Origin: a virus
Reading direction: 5' to 3' (one strand)
Virus record (IMG/VR): IMGVR_UViG_3300027708_000024
DNA: 64,000 nucleotides
Below the pieces are notes generated by a model. It saw nothing but the letters and a program-made list of their open reading frames with translations. It made no database searches and was not told the origin of the DNA. Below are positions 27,272 to 35,630 of the stretch, piece after piece (position 1 is the stretch's first letter; the number at the start of each line of letters is the position of its first letter). Both the position numbers and the translations under genes were made by a program.

Positions 27272-27620
27272 TGACTTGAAGAATTGTTGTATGAAGTAGA
27301 ATGAAAGGTGTTCTGGACCCGGCTATCGTATGCCGGCATCTCCACCAAAAGGACTTTTATGTTTGAAAATTGGTATTGGATTTATATGTGGGGCATTTTA
27401 GTTACAGTGAACTATATGTTCTGGATTATAAAAAGTCTTTTTGATGGGGATGACAGGATTCGACAGGGCAATAAGTAAGGATATGGACAACACGGCAGAT
27501 GACGACCGTAAATCGCATAAAACTAGTAAATGCAAACGATGCATATTTTGGAGAAGAACGCCTAGCGGCTTAATTCTCTTGGGGTTTCGCAAGGTGTCCT
27601 TATTACCCAATCACCTTGCA
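27272..27620 (+). ncRNA. ssrA: Circularly permuted two-piece tmRNA; tag (A)ANDAYFGEERLAA
   Basis: Acceptor piece ends CCGGC-TATCGTAT-GCCGG-CATCTCC-ACCA at 27347. Coding piece starts GGGGATG..GGATTCGAC at 27446. The 7-bp acceptor stem has G3-U. Tag ORF 27532-27573; terminal pseudoknot 27579-27619. 5' end approximate. Confidence 0.93.
27359..27478 (+). CDS. 39-aa hydrophobic peptide starting in the tmRNA intervening sequence
   Basis: AAGGA SD; MFENWYWIYMWGILVTVNYMFWIIKSLFDGDDRIRQGNK*. Confidence 0.55.
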   Translation: MFENWYWIYMWGILVTVNYMFWIIKSLFDGDDRIRQGNK

Positions 27621-27711
27621 TTTTAATGGTTTTAATTATTACATTTGCGTTACGTTATGAATATATAATTATAGTCGTAGTATTTCGCTATGACACATCA
27701 AGGAGAATGAT

Positions 27712-27786
27712 ATGAAATGGACTACACCTTCAGCACAAGATATGCGTTTTGGTTTTGAAATTACACTTTATATCGCAAATCGCTAA
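27712..27786 (+). CDS. pqqA: Coenzyme PQQ precursor peptide PqqA
   Basis: AAGGAG SD; MKWTTPSAQDMRFGFEITLYIANR* with W..P and GFE-x3-Y core. Confidence 0.95.
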   Translation: MKWTTPSAQDMRFGFEITLYIANR

Positions 27787-27788
27787 TA

Positions 27789-27828
27789 TATAAATAAATC
27801 AAGAGTTAGAGTTCTCTATAAAAACTCA
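27789..27828 (+). promoter_or_regulatory. T4-type late promoter plus leader, copy 1
   Basis: TATAAATA 27789-27796; 27790-27828 is repeated at 29285-29323. Confidence 0.8.
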
Positions 27829-27928
27829 ATACACATAATAAGAATAAGTAAAATTAATATGATACCCTATGAGATTTTTTTGAACTTTTTCTGATCCAAA
27901 ATTAAAAAATTAAAAGAAGGTAACATCA

Positions 27929-29014
27929 ATGACTTTGCCGGCAAGTGGTGCGATTTCCTTATCTAATGTTAATGTAGAGTTAGCGTTATCATCAACTGCG
28001 GTGATTAGTTTAAATGATACCGTAGTACGTTCACTATTTGCTGTGCCTTCTGGTGCTATCTCCATGAGTAATGGTTATGGAAAATCATCTAGCTCATATA
28101 CAAATGTGGCCATTTTTATAGGAACAACCAGAACATCTTATACGTTAGATACCGCAGCAGTAACTGGATACTCAGCAGGTCAAACTAATGTAACCTTAAC
28201 TATAAATGCATCAACATATCTGTACTCCACTAACGCTAACGTTGCCGCATTAACAGTAGGAACATTTGCAGCTGGTGATACCATAACAATTGTCAACAAA
28301 GGATTCGTTATGGGTGCAGGAGGTAATGGAGCAACTTATACTAGTACAATACCAGCTGGTTTAAAAGCTAATAATGGAGGATCAGCTATTAGTCTAGGAT
28401 TCCCTGTTACCATAGATAATTCACTTGGTTATATGGGCGGCGGCGGTGGAGGAGGAGCTGGTGGCTTTGGTAGTAAAACCGGAGGTGGTGGAGGGGCTGG
28501 TGGTGGAACTGGTGGTGGTTCATATTATTCTGGTGGACTTCCAGTGGGTACAGGAGGAGCAGGAGGTGCAACTGGATCTTCTGGTGGTGCAGCATCAGGA
28601 AATGCTCAGAATGCAGCAAGTCCAATAAGCGCAACCATTTTTTATGGATCGGGTGGAGGTGGTGGGCGAATTTTAAACAGTCCAGGTGGAGGCGCCGGCG
28701 GTATAGTATCACCAATCACAGGGGCACAAGGTGGCCGACAAGGTGGCGGAGGAGGTTATTCTATTAGAGGCCCCTCGCCCACTCAGCAGTTTAACGGTGG
28801 TACTGGAGGAGCTCTTGGTGCTACTGGCGGCCAAGGCGGTGATGGTACTGACTCCGGCGCAGCAGGTGGTGGTGGAGGTTTTGGTGCATCAGGTGGTCCG
28901 AATGGTCCGTCGACTAGTTTGCCTGCTGGGACGGGTGGAAAATTGATAGCACTCAATGGATTTACAGCAACCTTTACTGGACCAGTAGGAATACGGTACG
29001 GTTCAATAGCTTAG
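27929..29014 (+). CDS. Glycine-rich adhesin-like protein (T-even gp38-like polyglycine domain)
   Basis: MTLPASGAISLS N-terminus; IVNKGFVMGAGGNG; repeated GGGGG motifs. Confidence 0.75.
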   Translation: MTLPASGAISLSNVNVELALSSTAVISLNDTVVRSLFAVPSGAISMSNGYGKSSSSYTNVAIFIGTTRTSYTLDTAAVTGYSAGQTNVTLTINASTYLYSTNANVAALTVGTFAAGDTITIVNKGFVMGAGGNGATYTSTIPAGLKANNGGSAISLGFPVTIDNSLGYMGGGGGGGAGGFGSKTGGGGGAGGGTGGGSYYSGGLPVGTGGAGGATGSSGGAASGNAQNAASPISATIFYGSGGGGGRILNSPGGGAGGIVSPITGAQGGRQGGGGGYSIRGPSPTQQFNGGTGGALGATGGQGGDGTDSGAAGGGGGFGASGGPNGPSTSLPAGTGGKLIALNGFTATFTGPVGIRYGSIA

Positions 29015-29021
29015 GATAAAT

Positions 29022-29279
29022 ATGCAAACAGTTTATAGAATTTCAAACCCTGCACAGGGACTATATATAGAAACAGATTCAATTGAATCTGCTAAAGAGG
29101 CAATGATTAAACAAGCATTAGAATTCTACTTGCAGCATACACATCAAAACCCAATTTCTGTAGTGGAAATTGATGATGTTGGAGCAGAAACTTGGAGAAA
29201 TTTGTCGAGTGATGAAATGCGAAGATTACCATATGAAGAATATTTAATATCTTTAAGAAATCTGCTTAATGCTAGTTAA
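29022..29279 (+). CDS. Small adhesin-associated hypothetical protein
   Basis: AGGA SD; follows the Gly-rich gene. Confidence 0.6.
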   Translation: MQTVYRISNPAQGLYIETDSIESAKEAMIKQALEFYLQHTHQNPISVVEIDDVGAETWRNLSSDEMRRLPYEEYLISLRNLLNAS

Positions 29280-29283
29280 TTAA

Positions 29284-29323
29284 GATAAATAAATTAAGAG
29301 TTAGAGTTCTCTATAAAAACTCA
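29284..29323 (+). promoter_or_regulatory. Late promoter plus leader, copy 2
   Basis: GATAAATA; 38/39 identity to 27790-27828. Confidence 0.8.
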
Positions 29324-29355
29324 CTACACACAAACACACAACAAGGAGAAGTAAA

Positions 29356-29637
29356 ATGAGTAATCTCTCACCGTTCGAGATTCGCCTCGAACTTTTAAAA
29401 ATGGCACAAGGACTTTTGTTAGAAGAATATCACTCTAATAAAGATCGTCTAACCAATGAATGGCACGTTAAGGTAGAGTCCGCAAAACTAAACGGACATC
29501 AAATACCTGAACATCCTGCATTCCCAACATACCCCTCAGAAACAGACATCATTAACAAGGCACAATCCTTGAACGGGTTCGTTTCTAATATCACACCAGA
29601 AAAGACTATCACTAAAAAGTCTACCTCTAATTCGTAA
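29356..29637 (+). CDS. Conserved T4-like phage hypothetical protein
   Basis: AAGGAG SD; PFEIRLELLKMA...P.E.DII.KA..LN.FVS. Confidence 0.8.
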   Translation: MSNLSPFEIRLELLKMAQGLLLEEYHSNKDRLTNEWHVKVESAKLNGHQIPEHPAFPTYPSETDIINKAQSLNGFVSNITPEKTITKKSTSNS

Positions 29638-29695
29638 TTGGGGAAAAAGAGGCCAGCGTATTTTCGTTGGTCTCCAATCAACAAGGAGAAATAAG

Positions 29696-30202
29696 ATGAC
29701 AAAATTAATTTCATCTGCATTACTATTACTATTGGCGTTCGGTATCCAACTTTCAATACATGCACAAGAACCACAAGTGGAAACGAAAGAAGTTGTACGA
29801 GAACTCTTAAACAAAGAAGTATTGTGTCTTGCTAAGAACATATACTACGAAGCAGCAAGTGAACCATATGAAGGTAAACTTGCAGTGGCGCAGATTACTT
29901 TGAATAGAACAAATGATCCTAGATATCCAAAAGATATTTGTGGTGTGGTATACCAAAAAACAAATTATAATGGTAAAGTAACTTGCCAATTTACATGGAC
30001 ATGTTTTAAAGAATATGCCATTAGAAGCAAATATCTCTGGGAAGAATCTTTGTTGGTTGCTAGGAGAGCATTGACAGAAAGTGTTCTACATGATAAGATA
30101 GCACAGACTAATGCCTTACACTACCATGCAGTATATGTTGATCCTAAATGGTCTAAAGGTAAGATTGTCGCCCGTATTGGAAACCATATATTTTATTTGT
30201 GA
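29696..30202 (+). CDS. SleB-like cell wall hydrolase (Hydrolase_2)
   Basis: CLAKNIYYEA, GKLAVAQ.TLNR, ICGVVYQ, CQFTW, HYHA.YV.P.W, IGNHIFY. Confidence 0.9.
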   Translation: MTKLISSALLLLLAFGIQLSIHAQEPQVETKEVVRELLNKEVLCLAKNIYYEAASEPYEGKLAVAQITLNRTNDPRYPKDICGVVYQKTNYNGKVTCQFTWTCFKEYAIRSKYLWEESLLVARRALTESVLHDKIAQTNALHYHAVYVDPKWSKGKIVARIGNHIFYL

Positions 30203-30211
30203 TTGATTAAA

Positions 30212-30433
30212 ATGCCTACGAAGGATGAAATGAGAGAGTTTAGTTTAATGATTGAGAAGTTGGCCAAAGAAAAAGGTTTAACGTACATGGAGGCAATTCT
30301 TTATCATTGTGAACAAACTGAGTTTGAAATTGAAGTTGCTGCCACACTAATCAGTCAAGCATTAAAGGCAAAGATTAGTGAGGAAGCACAAAAGTTGAAT
30401 ATGATTAAGAAACAATCTAGATTACCTATATGA
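30212..30433 (+). CDS. gp33: Late transcription coactivator gp33
   Basis: FS..IE......YMEAI..CE...EIE.A..LIS..LKAKI..EA..LN...RLPI; synteny 33-59-32. Confidence 0.85.
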   Translation: MPTKDEMREFSLMIEKLAKEKGLTYMEAILYHCEQTEFEIEVAATLISQALKAKISEEAQKLNMIKKQSRLPI

Positions 30434-31032
30434 CAGAAACAAATGGTTTTGATGCGTATTGCCTTTATAATTCATTGAGATTGCATTTTACCAGTCCTAC
30501 TTATGATTTCGTAAAGTACAATGGTAAAACAAATGTGAGCAAAGATAGTTTTATGGTGAGAAAAGATAAATTCTCATTCTATAAACTGGCAAGGCAGTAT
30601 TATATCGAGGACTTAAAGTATTTCATTATTGCTAACTTTCTGGTTGGCAAAACTCGATACATACAGGAACTTATTGAGCAGGACGCTGTCGATACATACA
30701 CCGCATGGTTGAAACGTACACAGGCCCTCTCCTACAGGTTCAAGGAGGATTTAGGTGCATTATTCGAGCATTCTCCAGCACAGTTGCTAAAAGTGAAAGA
30801 TGGACAATTGCCATTAGTTGTCAATTTGACAATGAGGAATGTTGTTACCATTGAGACACTGGTTATCTTGGATGACCTGATTGGATTGTTTAATGCATGG
30901 GATGGAAAGATTGATGATGATATTGTATGGCCAGACTTTAGGAATAAATGTCTCAAGTACAAACCATTTTTAGATTATGATAAAGAAGCATTTAAAAAGA
31001 TGTTTATGGAAACAGTTAAGTCATGTCAGTGA
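30430..31032 (+). CDS. gp59: Helicase loader gp59
   Basis: Y..Y.SL.LHF....YDF.KY.GK; RKDK..F.KL; IETLVIL; KYKPFL. Confidence 0.9.
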   Translation: MTETNGFDAYCLYNSLRLHFTSPTYDFVKYNGKTNVSKDSFMVRKDKFSFYKLARQYYIEDLKYFIIANFLVGKTRYIQELIEQDAVDTYTAWLKRTQALSYRFKEDLGALFEHSPAQLLKVKDGQLPLVVNLTMRNVVTIETLVILDDLIGLFNAWDGKIDDDIVWPDFRNKCLKYKPFLDYDKEAFKKMFMETVKSCQ

Positions 31033-31034
31033 TA

Positions 31035-31122
31035 TTGACATCGACTAAATATTATGATATCATGAGTAGTCAGTGGACAAGTCGTTTATATACCGTTTAT
31101 ACACCGTTAATAAGGAGAAAGC
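31035..31122 (+). promoter_or_regulatory. gene 32 promoter and repetitive leader
   Basis: TTGACA-17 bp-TATCAT 31035-31063; three 11-nt repeats running into the AAGGAG SD. Confidence 0.65.
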
Positions 31123-31986
31123 ATGTCATTTGCAAATTTGAAACGAGAATCAGGTAATCTCGATAAACTTACCAAAGCAATCGAAGCACTTAATACCACA
31201 TCAGAAGGTTCTTCAAGCAAAGAAAACTTCTGGAAACCTGAGATTGATAAAGCAGGTAATGGTTATGCAGTGATTCGTTTCTTACCTGCACCTCCCTCAG
31301 AAGAAGATGGTCTCCCATGGGTCAAACTATTCAATCATGGATTTCAAGGTCCTGGTGGATGGTTGATCGATAATTGTTTGACCACAAAGAACGAAAAGTG
31401 TCCAGTATGCGAACACAATTCGACTCTTTGGAATTCAGGTATCGAAGCAAATAAAGAAGTTGCACGTAAACAAAAACGTAAACTTTCCTATATTGCAAAC
31501 GTCTATATTGTTGAAGATAGCAAACATCCAGAGAACGAAGGTAAAGTGTTCCTGTTCAAGTTTGGTAAGAAAATCTTTGACAAAATCAGTGAAGCAATGA
31601 ACCCACAGTTTGAAGATGAGAAGGCAGTCAATCCATTTGATCTATGGAAAGGTGCTAACTTTAAACTGAAGATTCGTAAAGTTGAAGGTTATCAGAACTA
31701 TGACAAGTCTGAATTTGAGACAGCAGCACCACTGTTAGACAATGATGATGAACTTGAAAAAGTTTGGAAGTCTGAGTATTCGTTGAAAGAATACTTGAGT
31801 GATGGTGAATTCAAATCATACGACGAGTTGAAAGATCGTTTGACTAAAGTGTTGGGTGAAGCAAAACCAAAAACTACAGTTGAACAAGCAAGGTCTGCAC
31901 CAAAAGCACCAGTTGTTGAACCAGACTTGAGTGAGACTGAAGATGATGATTTGTCTTATTTCTCTAAACTTGCAGAAGAAGATTAA
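31123..31986 (+). CDS. gp32: ssDNA-binding protein gp32
   Basis: WKP..DKAGNGYAVIRFLP, HGFQGPGGW, CPVCE, GKKIFDKI, NFKLKI, NYDKSEF, acidic tail. Confidence 0.97.
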   Translation: MSFANLKRESGNLDKLTKAIEALNTTSEGSSSKENFWKPEIDKAGNGYAVIRFLPAPPSEEDGLPWVKLFNHGFQGPGGWLIDNCLTTKNEKCPVCEHNSTLWNSGIEANKEVARKQKRKLSYIANVYIVEDSKHPENEGKVFLFKFGKKIFDKISEAMNPQFEDEKAVNPFDLWKGANFKLKIRKVEGYQNYDKSEFETAAPLLDNDDELEKVWKSEYSLKEYLSDGEFKSYDELKDRLTKVLGEAKPKTTVEQARSAPKAPVVEPDLSETEDDDLSYFSKLAEED

Positions 31987-32010
31987 AACAGACTAGACGG
32001 TCGAGTTTTT

Positions 32011-32033
32011 ACCCCGCCATGTGCGGGGTTTTT
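32011..32033 (+). terminator. Rho-independent terminator
   Basis: ACCCCGC-CATGT-GCGGGGT followed by a T tract, at a convergent junction. Confidence 0.85.
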
Positions 32034-32036
32034 GCT

Positions 32037-33770
32037 TTATACATATCGAACAAATGTTTTTTGAATTCTATTCAATGTCATATCTTGATTTCTTACTGCT
32101 GCCGAATCAAAGGTGAACGTTTGATCTGTACCATTAGTATTAATTACTTTTGAATTATTCAGTGAAATAGGTTGTGGTGCTGCCTGAACATCATTTTGCA
32201 TCGAATTATTTTCATTCATTGCACTTGACATTCTATCACCAAGTGCATTAGACATAGGCATAGGTAAAGGTTTTGATGGTCTACTATCATTATCTTGTAG
32301 ATTGACTCCTGCAGGTAATGGTTTATTTTCTGGTGCGGCAGCAGGTGCAGCGGTCGGAGTTTCTTTTGATGATTCGGCCGTTGGTGGTGCCGCGGGTGTG
32401 GCCTTCTTCTTACCATACTCTAGAGCCTCATCTGCAAGTTTTTTACTTATTCTTTCTTTTCCAAATCCTAAAAATCCTGTGTCTTTCTTAGTGGCAAGAT
32501 AAACACCACCTTCATCAACTTCATAACCTTTACCTTTTAAGTATTCTGCTGCATATGCACTAGTGCGATCTTCAACATCCATTTGTTTCAATGCATCTTT
32601 TGCTTTTTGTGATCCTTTGCCTGCTGCTGCTTTAAGTTCTTTTCTGGTCTCATCTCTTGCGTCCGAAAACTTCATAGGTTCTTGAAATTCAGCACCTAAA
32701 GCAGATTGTGCAGCAGGACGTTTCATAATTTCTGTAGTGGTTGTACCTATATCACCTTCTTTCGCAGCAGTTTCAATTTTTTTCTCAACTTCCGATGTTA
32801 GATATAATGACGATGCTATTGAAGCCGCGGCGATGAAACCTGGAGATGATAATATTCTAGTTAACCAAGATGCCTTATCGATGCTACCAAGAGCATTTTC
32901 AATGGCCTTATTAATCATATCAGCAATATCAAATCCTTTACTTTCTGCTTTTGGTTGAGCAGAAACAGTACCGCCAGTTATTCCTAATAATGCTTCAATA
33001 AATTCTTTGTGACGACGAGCGGCTTCTTCTTTTCTTTCACCTTCAAAATTCTTTTCGAGTTCCATTTGAAGTTTTTTATCCTCATATGATTTTCTCAATA
33101 ACGAAAATAATTTTGCAGCAACATCTGATACGGAATCATTCTTGCGAAGTGGTAATGGTCTGCTACCTGCACCAATGGTAGTGTTTAATGGATTTTTGTT
33201 TTTACCTTTTTTAGTCACTACATCATATGATTTTTTCTCATCTTTTGTATTTTCTTTAGGTTCTTTTTTTTCCATTCCAGTAAAATATTCAAGATCCTTT
33301 TGATCACGACCAAATGTTTTACCATATAGTGCTGCACCCAGGTTACCACCAATAGATTTTGCCATGTTCATAGGATCAAATTTTTCTTTGATTCCTGTGC
33401 CAATTGCTTTTATTTTGTCAGTAACACCACCTTTAAATGATTCACCAATACCTTTACCTTCAACTAGATTTTTTGCAATCAAATCACCAATAGATGTTTT
33501 TCTTATGGCCTCTGCTTTACCGTACTCATGTTCCTTACGTTTTTCTTTTTTATTTTTTGCTTTACCTTTAGAATCTTCTTCAGATTCATATACTTTAGGC
33601 GATTCAGGTAATACATCTTTATCACTTGGTTTACCTAATGTTAGTCTTTCTGTTTTACTTGCTGCACGACCAAGACCACCTTTTGAACCAAGAACATACC
33701 AGTAACCTTTACCACTAAAGGCATTAGGGTCCCATGCAAAAACTATACTATTTAATTTTTTAGTAACCAT
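32037..33770 (-). CDS. Baseplate hub / tape-measure-like protein B (gp29-like position)
   Basis: Downstream of gp26/51; N-terminal half paralogous to 33774-35630. Confidence 0.55.
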   Translation of the reverse strand: MVTKKLNSIVFAWDPNAFSGKGYWYVLGSKGGLGRAASKTERLTLGKPSDKDVLPESPKVYESEEDSKGKAKNKKEKRKEHEYGKAEAIRKTSIGDLIAKNLVEGKGIGESFKGGVTDKIKAIGTGIKEKFDPMNMAKSIGGNLGAALYGKTFGRDQKDLEYFTGMEKKEPKENTKDEKKSYDVVTKKGKNKNPLNTTIGAGSRPLPLRKNDSVSDVAAKLFSLLRKSYEDKKLQMELEKNFEGERKEEAARRHKEFIEALLGITGGTVSAQPKAESKGFDIADMINKAIENALGSIDKASWLTRILSSPGFIAAASIASSLYLTSEVEKKIETAAKEGDIGTTTTEIMKRPAAQSALGAEFQEPMKFSDARDETRKELKAAAGKGSQKAKDALKQMDVEDRTSAYAAEYLKGKGYEVDEGGVYLATKKDTGFLGFGKERISKKLADEALEYGKKKATPAAPPTAESSKETPTAAPAAAPENKPLPAGVNLQDNDSRPSKPLPMPMSNALGDRMSSAMNENNSMQNDVQAAPQPISLNNSKVINTNGTDQTFTFDSAAVRNQDMTLNRIQKTFVRYV

Positions 33771-33773
33771 TTT

Positions 33774-35630
33774 TTAAAATCCAGTTTGTTCTTGTATCAG
33801 TGCGGGGCCAGTAACACCATCTTTTTTCGTTATGTTGTTTGTTACTGTTCCTGGTTTGTTTATCACTGTTAATTGTTTATTTAATATAATTGTATCTGGT
33901 GCTTGATTATTTTGTTTCTTTGCATCTGAGACAGAAACAGAACCAGAATCCACTTTACTTCCCATTTCGTTTGCTTTTGGTGCCGGTGTGGAACTTACTT
34001 GGTCAGAAGAACCAGACGCATGAACCACACCACCTTTTCTATTTACCCGCTTTGCTAGTATCGATTCAAAATCTTTTACTCTAATTTCATATAATTCTGG
34101 ATTATCTTTACCTGGTGCTTTGTATCCAGCATCAATTATTGCTTTTGCAACTGTAATATCTTTTCCTGATTGTACTGCCTTATAAACCGCAGTAGCACCA
34201 CCAGGACCAACATAGTGTGCCATATATTCATAACCAGGAGTAATTGGAACATTATTTTTTTTGAGTATGGCCAGTGTTTCGCCTCTAAGTGATTGATAAA
34301 GTTTTTCTTGTGTATTTTTATCAAATTTTGTAGTTTTAATATCAAGACCTAATTTTTTTACATGGTCATCTAGTGTGGCTTTAACGAATTGATAGGCACC
34401 AACTGCACTCCCACCACCTGACTTTATTCTTGCCTGTTGGAATCTTGAAACTTCTTCTAATGTCATTTCTGTTAATTTTTTTTCAGTTCCTAAATTTGCT
34501 TTTGACCATTCTTCAGGTGTAATATATTTTTGACTTGTTACTTTATTGTTTTTATCTCTTTTTTCTCCAAATGTAATATCATAATTACCACCAGATTCTG
34601 CGGCACCAACACCTGTTGTTGCAGTCGCAACAGCAGCACCAACTGCAACAGTCGCAAGCGCTCTACCTGCTGTTACACCTGCTGCTGGTGGCGCTGCCGG
34701 TGTTGAAGTTTTTCCTGGTTTTACATTTCTAGTAGCACCTTTTGGTTTTGTTCCTTTAGGTGTTGTGGTTTTCTTTGCCGTTTTTCCTTTACCCGAAACT
34801 TTTTCTGTTTTTTTAGAAGTAGGTTTTTCTTTACCTTCAGTTTCTTCTTTAATTTTTTTTACTTCATCTTTTTCTTTTTTTGTTTTATTTGTTAATATAT
34901 CAATAATTTCTTCGTGTCTTTTTTTCTCATCGTCCTCTGCTAATTTTTTATTAGTGTGCATCAATTCATCATGTATTTTTTCTTCCTCAGTGTGACCTTT
35001 TATTAATTCGTAGAGTTTACCAAAAACATCTGCAAGACCATCTCTACCTCTTACATTTTGCACACCTGTTACTAACATATTCACGAATAAAGGATCTCTA
35101 TTTTTTTTACCTTTTTTTGTTTTCTTCATATCGGAGAAATATTCAATCTCCTCTTGAGAACTACCTATCATTCTACCAAGTAATGCTGGCCCCAAAGAAC
35201 TTCCACCAGTGACTTTCTTAGCAATGTTTAGTGGGTTAATTGCCTCTTTAATTCCAGTAATTCTTGCTTTTGTTTTTTCTTTAAATGCAGATTTTATTGC
35301 AGAACCTACTGATTGACCTTGTACTATATTTTTAGCAGCAAGATCAGATATTGATTGTTGTCTTGTTTTTGCTGCTTTTTGATAGGTTAGTTTGATGTTT
35401 GGTGCTTTTGGTTGTTGAGGTGTTTCTGCTGGTATTTCAGCAGGAGTTTCCAACATTGGAATAATTGGTTTAGGTATACCAACAGATTTTGCGAGTTTGG
35501 GATTTAATGACTCAATAGAAGTTTCACCCGAAAGTACCTTTGCAATAGTCTTTGGGTTGAATTTGGTTTTTAATCCTAGTAGATAACGTTCAAATTCTTT
35601 CGTTAATTGTTTTTGTTCTTTAGTTGTCAT
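33774..35630 (-). CDS. Baseplate hub / tape-measure-like protein A with lysozyme-like domain
   Basis: AESGGNY, LTEMTLEEV, SAVGAYQF...TL, YMAHY.GPGGA. Confidence 0.65.
   Translation of the reverse strand: MTTKEQKQLTKEFERYLLGLKTKFNPKTIAKVLSGETSIESLNPKLAKSVGIPKPIIPMLETPAEIPAETPQQPKAPNIKLTYQKAAKTRQQSISDLAAKNIVQGQSVGSAIKSAFKEKTKARITGIKEAINPLNIAKKVTGGSSLGPALLGRMIGSSQEEIEYFSDMKKTKKGKKNRDPLFVNMLVTGVQNVRGRDGLADVFGKLYELIKGHTEEEKIHDELMHTNKKLAEDDEKKRHEEIIDILTNKTKKEKDEVKKIKEETEGKEKPTSKKTEKVSGKGKTAKKTTTPKGTKPKGATRNVKPGKTSTPAAPPAAGVTAGRALATVAVGAAVATATTGVGAAESGGNYDITFGEKRDKNNKVTSQKYITPEEWSKANLGTEKKLTEMTLEEVSRFQQARIKSGGGSAVGAYQFVKATLDDHVKKLGLDIKTTKFDKNTQEKLYQSLRGETLAILKKNNVPITPGYEYMAHYVGPGGATAVYKAVQSGKDITVAKAIIDAGYKAPGKDNPELYEIRVKDFESILAKRVNRKGGVVHASGSSDQVSSTPAPKANEMGSKVDSGSVSVSDAKKQNNQAPDTIILNKQLTVINKPGTVTNNITKKDGVTGPALIQEQTGF

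Noticed and set aside
27301-27347. Stand-alone tRNA
   Set aside because: Only a T-arm and CCA end are present; its acceptor partner lies downstream, as expected for a permuted tmRNA.
27398-27626. Track ORFs 27441-27626 (+) and 27398-27610 (-)
   Set aside because: They overlap the tmRNA coding piece, lack an SD and show no protein-like features.
27660-27796. 12-bp near-repeat (AATATATAAWTA) flanking pqqA as an insertion scar
   Set aside because: Pure A/T and short, so it could easily be chance in this genome.
24652-29014. Diversity-generating retroelement acting on the adhesin genes
   Set aside because: No reverse transcriptase and no TR/VR pair with adenine-specific mismatches is seen in the window.
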